Position numbers and translations under genes: made by a program. A stretch of 64,000 bases of DNA from the human T2T-CHM13v2.0 reference genome, Homo sapiens. The notes below the pieces were generated by a model. The model saw only the letters and a list, made by a program, of their open reading frames with translations, searched no databases and was not told where the DNA came from. Below, one piece after another: positions 53,779 to 64,000 of the stretch. The stretch is from NCBI RefSeq assembly GCF_009914755.1, contig NC_060926.1. One strand, given 5' to 3'. Positions within the stretch are counted from its first letter, which is position 1. Each line of letters opens with the position of its first letter.

Positions 53779-54499
53779 CACTGTCACGTGTGTGTCTTTT
53801 TCCCAACCAACAAAAATTATAATTCATTAATTTTAATTTTATTATTTAAGAATATTCTTAAGAGTTGAAGGAAAAATAATATCTGTACATTATGGGTTAC
53901 AATTAAGTATAAATAATACATAAATATATTAAAACTTACAAAGAATATGTTTCGGAATCGAATATACCATGCTTCTGTGATGACAGTTATTTCATGCTGG
54001 TTGTCACAATTTTACATGAAAAACTAATGAAAAAATGTTTTTAACTGTTTCTGAAAATAAGTTTCCAAAACAGTTTTACATTCAAAATAGGAGAAAGATG
54101 TCTTTGTGTTCCTTAATCTGATGAGATTTTCACACTCTGCACATGATAATTGTTAGATTTTTATTGTGTTGATAAATTGTATATCAAATAAAAAGTGTTA
54201 TTACCTCTTAAATTAGGATTTTTAGGTGATATAGGCAGAAAGGAAGGCAAGTTTTTATAACTTTGTCTAAATGAACTTTCTAAATGTCTGAGTATTAAAA
54301 GATAGCATGTCTATAAATCACAATGTATATATTACTGTATGACCTAGAACCAATCAAAACCATTATCTCTGATAACATTATATTGTGCCCAGTATAAAAT
54401 AGATATAATAATACCTCAAACTTAAATCCAGGCATTGTCATTGAATATCTTAAGAATATGCAGCAAAGGTGCTTTTAAAAATACAAGCTAGTGATTGTA

Positions 54500-55195
54500 C
54501 TAAATTTGTAAATCACATAGGATAGTGGGTCATTTTAAGAATATTATTTCAATCTATAAAAGTGGATGTCTTTCCTTTTTTATGTTTTCTTTAATTTCTT
54601 TCATTAATGTTTGTCATTTTTGTTGTCGAAATCTTTTACTTCCTTGGTTAAATTTATTTCTAAGTACATTTTTGTAGCTATTCTAAAAGGAATTGCTTTC
54701 TTAATTTCTTGTTTCAGCTAGTTTACTATCAATATATAGAAATGCTACTGATTTTTATATGTTGATTTATATCCTGCAACTTTATTAATTTCATGTATCA
54801 CCCCAAGAAGCTTTTGGTAGAGTCTTATTTTTTTCCATGTATAAGATCACATTGTCTTTAAACAGGGACAATTTGACTGTCTCCTTTCCAATTCAGATGT
54901 CCTTTATTTCTTTCTCTCACCTAATTGTCCTGGCTAAGACTTTCACTATGTGAAATATGATTGGTGAGAATAGGCATCCTTTTCTTGTTCCAGTAAAATC
55001 TTTTTCTTGTTCACAGTAAAATCTTTCACCTTTTCCACACTCAGTATGATCTTAGCTGTAGATTTGTCCTTTATGTCCTTTGTGTTAAGGCATATATTTT
55101 CTATACTAAATTGTTGAGAAGTTTTTTGTCATGTAAGAATATTTAATTTTGCCAAACGCTTTTATTGTGTTTATTAATTTAATCATATGGTTTTC
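54500..55195 (-). mobile_element. L1 (L1MA-like) ORF2 fragment, antisense
   Basis: TATAGAAATGCTACTGATTTT...TATATCCTGCAACTTTA; AACAGGGACAATTTGACT...CCTTTATTTCTTTCTCT. Confidence 0.8.
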
Positions 55196-55876
55196 AGTAT
55201 ATATCCAAAGGAAAGAAAATCAGTATATCAAAGAGTTACCTGCACCCCCATGTTTATTACAGCACTATTCACAATAGCCAAGATGTGGAATCAACAAAAG
55301 TGTCCATCAACAGATGAATGGATAAAGAAATGTGACATACATATATAATGGAATATTATTTAGTCATAATAAAGAACAAAATCCTGTTATTTGTGGCAAC
55401 AAGAATGCAAGTGGGCGGCATTATGTTAGGTGAAATAAGCCTGGCATAGAAATATAAACACCACATAACTATGTGTTCTCACTTATGTATGGAAGCTAAA
55501 ATTTTTAATCTCGTAGAGGTAGATAGTAGAGTTTTGGTTACCATATCCTGGAAAGAGTAGGAGAAAGAAGAGTATAAGAAAAATGTGGTTAATACATACA
55601 AAATTACAGCTGGAGAGAAGGAAGAAGTTCTAGTTCTCTACAGCACTGTTGGGTGACTGTAGTTAACGGGAATTTATTGTGTGTTTTCAAATAACTAAAA
55701 TAAAAGATTTTGAATATTCTCACTGCAAAGAAATAATACATGATTTAGGTAATGGATATGATAATGACTCTGACTTGATCTTTACGCATTGCATAAATAT
55801 ATCAAAATATCACTCTGTACCCCATAACATGTACATTTATTATATGTCAATTAAAGTAAATTTAAAAGAGAAAAAA
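55196..55876 (+). mobile_element. L1 (L1MA-like) 3' end, sense
   Basis: CCCATGTTTATTACAGCACTATTCACAATAGCCAAGAT...GTGTCCATCAACAGATGAATGGATAAAGAAA, followed by a 3' UTR and A-rich end. Confidence 0.88.
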
Positions 55877-56409
55877 TGAGGTAAAGGTAAATGTACAGAA
55901 TTTAATTACTTTTTCTTCTATAAAACCTGAGTCAGTACCAAGAAGAATCAATTTATTAGTTTTCTAAAATAAAAAAAATCAAAATCACCAAAAAAGAGCA
56001 ATATCCAAGAAAGCACTGAAAATGAAACACAACATTTAGTAAGAATAGAAAACTTGGGCACTGTATCACCCTGTTCCTAGATACCGATTTACTGATGGCC
56101 ATTTAAATAGAATTTTATTCTATCTAGTTCATTTATACTCCCAGAGTTTGAAATTACATTTTACCTACAATAAATGAGATAACACTTGTAAGTTATATGG
56201 TACTCTGCCTAACACACGTTAATAGCTCAATACATGTTAGCAATAAACTTTTAGTATAGTAGTCAAAGTATTAATTTCTCACATTGCAATTTCCTTCAAA
56301 GGCATAAATACAACCTCTCTAATGACTCCTTGTTCATCAAGATACCTCTTCAAATTATTCTATTTGTTTCATTCAGTATATTATCTGTGTATACCGATAT
56401 TACACTCTT

Positions 56410-56729
<320 letters not shown>

Positions 56730-57073
56730 TGAATATCTTCTTGAAAGATTACACCTCTTTACCTCTTCGTGCTTCAGAAATTATTTTCCTTCAAGTGTTC
56801 TAAGAGTCTAATGAAGAATGAAGTCATGTTTTATCACTTTTGACCTTAAAGATTTCAGACATGCTGAAACTGATTGAAGTATCATTTGCTACCAGATAGA
56901 TTAGTTATCTCTAGTTGTAGGAGTGGGTACATCTTTAATGGTATATTCTGGGTTATTGTCTTATTTTTGATGTAGTATTCTATCAACAATTTATTAAACC
57001 TGGCATCCTTGGGTGAGCATGGATTTTTCAACTTTGGTGTTATATTGTGTTTGCTTTTAAAAACTGCTTTTGA

Positions 57074-57392
57074 GGCCAGGTATGGTGGCTCTTGCCCATA
57101 CCCAGCACTTTGGGAGGCCAAGGTGGGCGGATTACCTCAGGTCAGGAGTTCAAGACCAGCCTGGTCAACATGGCAAAACCATGTCTCTACTAAAAACACA
57201 AAATTAGCCAGGCATGGTGGTGCATGCTTGTAGTCCTAACCACTCGAGAGGCTGAGGCAAGAGAATCACCTGAACCTGGGAGGCAAAAGTTGCTAGGTTG
57301 CTGTGAGCCAAATTCGCACCATTGCACTCCAGCCTGTGTGAAAAGAGCAAAACTCTGTCTCAAAAAAAAAAAAAAAAAAAAAAAAAAAAACG
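57074..57392 (+). mobile_element. Alu (AluS-type) with long poly-A tail
   Basis: Full Alu with a ~29-A tail, flanked by the direct repeat CTGCTTTTGA. Confidence 0.93.
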
Positions 57393-60263
57393 ACCAAAAG
57401 CTGCTTTTGAATGGAGTTGTACATACAATTTTGATGAAAAAAATGATCAAGTGCATAAGTTCATAATAGAAAAACCAATAATACTCCAGGCACAAGTTAG
57501 TACTAAAAAAATTATGTTGAATATGCTCTAATACAACATGCTTTTTCCCTTCATGAACAATTTGTGTTTTACTGAGAAGAGTCATTGTTTATGGTAGACA
57601 TTAGACTACAGATGAATATGCACTTTAAACACTCTTAGTTGCTTTCTTAATTTTATATCTGCTGCTTTATGCTTCTGTTTATTTTCATTCTTTCCGATGT
57701 CCACATTCTAGTAAATTTGAATATTTTAATCCAAGTTTATATACTATTTAATATTGCTTGTATAGTTTAGTATTGTTAAGACTCAAAAAGGTTTACAGAA
57801 AGAAGAAAAAGATCAACATGTTATTAATCATTTAAAGATCATTTTGAAGTCTTTGACCTTTATATTTTAATGAATAAAATATTAGTAGTTATTAGTATAA
57901 AATAATTTATGTCTTTTGGACTTAGCATCCAGTATTTCTTTTTTAATAAAGAAAATAATTATTCTCTTGCAATATACTATGTTTACCTGGGTTTTGAAAA
58001 GTGATGTTTCCTTATATGAGAAAGCCATTTACATTTTTAAATCTACAAAGGCAAATGGAATGGTACTAAATTATTTACATAATAATGTTTAGATGGTGGC
58101 CCTTATAACATTCTTTCTATACTTCCTACAGAGTTGGGGATAGGCAATCCTAGAATATTTCTGGGAGCTAATCCTTTAGCTTGATGAATGAAACAAGACT
58201 TTTAAATAAAATTAAACTTTCAAATTATCCAGGTAATGGGCCTGTCTTTTAATTCAATGGATATGGAGCATAATGAATTATCCCCTGTTCATTGGGTAAT
58301 AAGTTCTCATTCTTAATTTATAATACTCAAAATGTCCTTTAATTTTTAATTTTTGATAGTCATATCATTATCCCTAGGTATTTTAGCTTCTATCTTAAAT
58401 TCTAAAATAATTTTGAAACAGGAGAAAGTATTCTTTATTACTATATGTATTAAACATCATGGTTTTCGAATTTAACTGCAAATGTATCTTTTCATTGCTT
58501 CTTGGTGACGCCCTTCACCCTATCCATATTGTCACTACCAAGTGGTGATTACTTTTCAGGTTCACATATTCTTTAGAAAAATCTTCTCTGTGCCTTATAA
58601 AGAATATGATTGTTGGCATTCAAAAGCCAGCGAAATATACATTATTAGCCTGTTGCCTAACTCATTTCTTTAAGAAACTACACTAATTACCCACATACTT
58701 ATGTTTTTTTTCCTCATTATTTCTGGAGAAAACAAATATTGCTAACATGATATTTGTAAGAGAGAAAAAACTCTTTTCTTGAAAAGTGCTGTCATTGTAG
58801 TACTAACTTATAGTATCAACTTCTTTATCAACTCCTTATACACTTTTTATTCTGAGAGAAATAAAAAAGCTAAAAGTGAAGTGACTTTTTTTAACTCTCC
58901 ATATTATAAGCACCCATCTTGGCAATTTAGGGTCTTTATAGTTAGGGTAAGTTGTGTCATACCGAGGTTACAAAATAAAAAGTATTTTGTCTCTTTGGGC
59001 CTTTCCTTATTCAGTAATACTGTCAGTTTGGCTTTTTTTGTAGGTCAACTTACTGAACTCAGTATTCTGAAATAATGTGTTTACTATCTTTTGATAAGCA
59101 TTTAAAATATTAGATTTATTGTTACTCTTCTGCCTTCATTGGGCTGGAAGAATAATTGTTTCACTCCACAAAAACCAAGTTGCAGAGAAAAACACATAGA
59201 CATTCAACTGCAAAGCAGAGAAACTTGACTATTTTCTGCAATTTTAAAGTGTATATTGAATAAAACCATCTTTTTATTTTCTTTTTTGCTCACTGGCAAA
59301 TATTAACAACATCAAGTGCGTTATTATAATGTTATCTAGTTAAAAATCTCAAAAAGTTTTCATAATTACCATTTAAAAATATATAAATAAGTGACCTAAT
59401 GTTAATTTTTATTGTCTGAGACCATGTCTGTTATTTCACTCTTTAAAATCAGTTAGTAATGCAGAACCTAGCACTTAGTAGATACTCAAAAATTATTTGC
59501 TGAATAAAAAAGGGTTAAACATGTAATATACACAAAATGTACTGGAAAAAATGCACCAAATAATTTTGTTATACCAGTTTAATGTAAATATTGCCTTTAA
59601 AAGATAATATAGTTTTCAGGTGTCTACAGTGATTTTGTAATATTTGTGCACATATAAAATAATATTTCCAAAAATGTAATCCAGTGGGGAAATATACTTT
59701 CTAAATTCTAGATTTATAATTTAGGGTTTAAATTATAAAATCATTAAATAAGACACAAGTGAAATATAGTCAAATATCCCCTTGGAAAAAAATTAAGTGG
59801 CCTCTAAAGTGAGGTATTCATATATGTAATTTTACAATCCCCTAGTGATAGAATTAATTAAATATGCCACCAAATTGATTAATTCCTACAGTGTTAAAAG
59901 AGAAGCACTAACAATGCCAGTGACCATGTAACATGGATTTAAGCTACAAGTCATAGAAATGTGATGAGAAGCCTCAGCACTGTAAAACCGAGGGTGGAGG
60001 AAAGCTTTTCCTCTCTCAAATGAGCTTTGCAAGGTATACTTCTTGAAGGATAGGAAGTTGAAGTGTTCAGGACTTTTATGTCTATTCTACTTTGGCTTAG
60101 TTTACATGATTCTTAGTTTATTAGCCTAGAAATGGCCAAGAAAACTTAAGGCTCAATAATTAGTTATAAATATGAAATATCCCCAATTTTTAAGATAAAA
60201 ACAACTTATAAATGTATTTGTCTGTAAAAATTGTGTATATTTTTACAGGACATCTATTTCTTT

Positions 60264-61018
60264 TTTATTTTTTATATATATTTTTTATACTTTAAATTCT
60301 AGGGTACACATGAACAATGTGCAGGTTTGTTGCATATGTATACATGTGCCATGTTGGTGTGCTGCACCCATTAACTCATCATTTATATTAGGCATATCTC
60401 CTAATGCTATCTCTCCCCCCTCCCCCCACCCCACAACAGGCCCTGGTGTGTGATGTTCCCCTTCCTGTGTCCAAGTGTTCTCATTGTTCAATTCCCACCT
60501 ATGAGTGAGAACATGCGGTGTTTGGTTTTTTGTCCTTGCGATAGTTTGCTGAGAATGATGGTTTCCAGCTTCATCCATGTCCCTAGAAAGGACATGAACT
60601 CATCATTTTTTATGGATGCATAGTATTCCATGGTGTATATGTGCCACATTTTCTTAATCCAGTCTATCATTTTTGAACATTTGGGTTGGTTCCAAGTCTT
60701 TGCTATTGTGAATAGTGCCGCAATAAACATACGTGTGCATGTGTCTTTATAGCAGCGTGATTTATAATCCTTTGGGTATATACCCAGTAGTGGGATGGCT
60801 GGGTCAAATGGTATTTCTAGTTCTAGATCCCTGAGGAATGGCCACACTGACTTCCACAATGGTTGAACTAGTTTACGGTCCCACCAACAGTGTGAAAGTG
60901 TTCCTATTTCTCCACATCCTCTCCATCACCTGTTGTTTCCTGACTTTTTAATGATCACCATTCTAACTGGTGTGAGATGGTATCTCATTGTGGTTTTGAT
61001 TTGCATTTCTCTGATGGG
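60264..61018 (-). mobile_element. 5'-truncated primate L1PA (3' ~750 bp)
   Basis: ORF 60488-60859 is the L1 ORF2 C-terminus (DLELEIPFDPAIPLLGIYPKDYKS...KHRMFSLIGGN*). It has an L1PA 3' UTR and TSD TCTATTTCTTT at 60253-60263 and 61019-61029. Confidence 0.96.
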
Positions 61019-63003
61019 TCTATTTCTTTAAAACAAAGGGAGGGGAGTCTCTCATTTACATTAGTTTTTTTCATAGCCTTTTGGACTTTGCAATTTCTAT
61101 GTTTTGGAACCTATTTCTTACAGTTTTTCTATGCTAAACTCTGTCCTGGTCAGTTCCAGAGTGTATGAAGAACCAAATCATGTAATTGTATGTGACCTGG
61201 CTGTAGTGGAACAAATTTGACTCTTAAGTATGCAGGCTCTAATTTTCCTGTCTGGTTTTGGTAAGTATTCCTTACATAGGTTTTTTCTTTGAAAATCTGG
61301 GATTGAGAGGTTGATGAATGAAAATTAAACCTTTCACTTTGTTGTATATAGGTTTGCAATATTTAGGTCAGAGTGGAGTTTTAAGGTCATGAAGGGGGCT
61401 GATGACTTACAAATAATGGGCTCTGATTGGGCAACTACTCATCTGAGTTCCTTCCATTTGACCTAATTAAGCTTGTGAAATTTACACTAAGCCATGAGCT
61501 CATCTTTAAAAAGTTTTGTTAAAAGATTTTCAGCTGTTCCAAATGGGACTTATTAGTGGAATGTGTTTTAAAGGATCATATCAGATGAATGAAAGGTATT
61601 TGATCCTTTCTTTCCTTAATAATAAAATGATGGTTTGGAAAAATAGGCTACAGTCTAACCACAGTGCTATTATTAGGCTTTCTTGTTAAACATAGGTCTA
61701 AGCCTAAGTATGTCAATACAACAAATACTTACTGTTTCATTTCTAGTAATAAAAAAAAAAAGTCTTTCTGGCATAAGGATGATTTTGATCTGGTTATTTT
61801 GAAACATTTTTGTAAAATAAATTTACATCTATAAAGAACATTTTTATTCGTAAGGAGGGGTATGTCTCTGTGCACTGGAAGAGAGGGAGGACTAAATCAC
61901 TGGGAAGTCTTATGATAAAGAAGCCATTGGCTTAAATCAGCAAAGCAAGCCATCCCTTGGTTTAAGGTGTTTTTCCTGGCCATCCTGTCTTGACTAGAAC
62001 TTTACCTACACCTTCCTTTTTGGTTTAGGCAAATTATAGTATCTAAACCTGAAGTCTCAGCTCTGTGTCTTTGAGATATAAATGTTCTACCATGTCTTCT
62101 CTGGAACCTGATAACTATCTATCTCTTTAAAATGGAAGTCTAGGGAGATGACTCATCAGAAAAAGAAGAAAAAAGAGGTATTTGGAAATTGTGCAAATTA
62201 AAGCAGCCCCTGATGCCAAAGTCTACACATTCCTGAGTGAGTCAGTTCTGGCCAGTTCTAGCTGGGTCAAGAGAGCTCTGCTGGGCAGGCCTGAAGAGCA
62301 GCTGGATGGCAGACACCTGAGGAGCCAGGTGCCTGAAACTTCCCCCACCTGCTTGAGGAGCACCAAAGCCCGGGTGCTGGCTGGACAACCCCTTCTGGCT
62401 GCCTAAGCCGGTGGCAGAGGAAGGAAAAAAGGTCAGAGGCAGAGTGTTGAACCCTGCCTCCCAGGTGGGTGGAAGATGCCTGTTGCCAAACTAGGGCCCA
62501 GCTTGCCGGGTGAGGTGGGTGAACTGGTGATCCCCCGAGAGAGCGGACGTCAGAACTACATGGTCCCAGACTTCAGCTCGGCCAGTGAAGGAGAGAGAGG
62601 GTTAATGTTAACTGCAGGAGGCCCACTCTAGCCTTAAATTCTGTAATTCAAACCCTTCCCTTGGAGACAAAACAAACATAACAAGGAATTCTGAGGTCAG
62701 GGGACAAGAATCACAAGTTCCCTAGTGGGAGACTGAGGAGGCAGTGTCCTTTCTGCCCTTGGTCTGCTGGCTAAGAACCTTCCTCAGCCTGACCTTTCCA
62801 CATTGCACTTTCAGCTCTGTTTGCAATTTTCCTCCTTTAGTGCTGAGGGAATCCCAGTGTTCGATCCTGAAATCTCTACGTTCCTAATGGGTGGTTAAAA
62901 AAAACCTCAGCAAGAGAAGCAGAAAATGTTTCCTCTTCCTGAAAAACTGTAGAAAGGCAGGCACCATTCTGGGTGGGACATGGTCCTTGCAAAAGTCTTT
63001 ATG

Positions 63004-63308
<305 letters not shown>

Positions 63309-64000
63309 AAGATTCTGTTTTGATAGAACACTTGTGTCTCTCTCACCTTGTATTTAGAAAAGTTAGAAAGTAAAGGATAATGTATATAGAAAGCTTTTTG
63401 AAGACTCTTAAGAAGTTCATAAATATGGGGCACTGTGACTATGCATATGAAAATATTTCCTATCAGTTGGCAGTTACCACCTCTTATAGTGGCATGGAAC
63501 CTCTTGAGTTAAACCAAGGCTCAGTGAGATTTGGTGATTTAGGTAGTGTCATTTTATGAACAAGGGGGACCCTACTCAGGTCTTTTATTTTATTATACTT
63601 CTCTTTGACATTCACTCCAGTTAAAGAACTCTTTCAAAAGACCTCATGCCTGGTCTCACGGAGATTCAAAGGTGTTTGAGTCCTTCCTTATTATGCCCTT
63701 GGAAGATGCTTTGAGGACCCCAGTGATGAATCCCAAGAACTCTGTCTCCATTATCCCTGGTATAGGGCACCTCATCACTCTGGTGTTATCCCTGAAGGGC
63801 CTTCATAATAATGTGCTTAAAGAGTCCCCTATTATGTCCTTCAGGATGGAGCTTGACTTGCCCAAATTGCTATGTACATGTTAAAGAGAGGCTGGAACTG
63901 AAGTTGGTCATTTCTCACTGGATCAGTCAACAAGATTTGAGTACTTTCTGTGTGCTCTGCATCATTCTGAGTACTCTGGGGGACAGAATAAGGCATGGCT

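Noticed and set aside
50967-53827. 514-aa and other Ser/Phe/His/Ile ORFs resembling membrane proteins
   Set aside because: The minus strand of the ATGAA/ATGAG satellite rarely contains stop codons, so these are artefacts.
60488-60859. 123-aa intact-looking ORF
   Set aside because: It is the C-terminus of L1 ORF2 in a 5'-truncated, non-autonomous L1PA.
63600-63890. Possible retroelement or coding remnant (EFLGFI-like word on minus)
   Set aside because: Too short and stop-ridden to support without a search.

Overview
This is eukaryotic DNA from a human or great-ape pericentromere, spanning a centromere-to-segmental-duplication boundary. No intact protein-coding gene, RNA gene or CRISPR array is supported, and nearly all listed ORFs are repeat artefacts. 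From left to right: (1) 1-21217 is dimeric, CENP-B-box-bearing (SF2-type) alpha satellite, arranged as a diverged ~1.71-kb 10-mer higher-order repeat (HOR) with 12- and 13-mer variants and an alternating 20-mer super-period. It ends abruptly. (2) 21218-39770 is a repeat-rich duplicon carrying eight spliced exons of an unprocessed, truncated BMS1 pseudogene on the minus strand. (3) 39775-44000 is an interstitial subtelomere relic: a TAR1-like CpG island/VNTR plus degenerate G-rich repeats, split by an L1 fragment. (4) 44020-49957 is a CAGGG/CCCTG array with an internal polarity flip. (5) 50981-53778 is an (ATGAA/ATGAG/ATG)n satellite. (6) 53780-64000 is AT-rich sequence with L1 and Alu elements and a cluster of candidate micro-exons. 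The best leads are a possible TAR1-promoter-to-BMS1P chimeric transcript, the nested HOR architecture, the unidentified micro-exon cluster and an unexplained coding-like segment at the satellite junction. All of these are hypotheses from reading the sequence by eye; no search or alignment was run.
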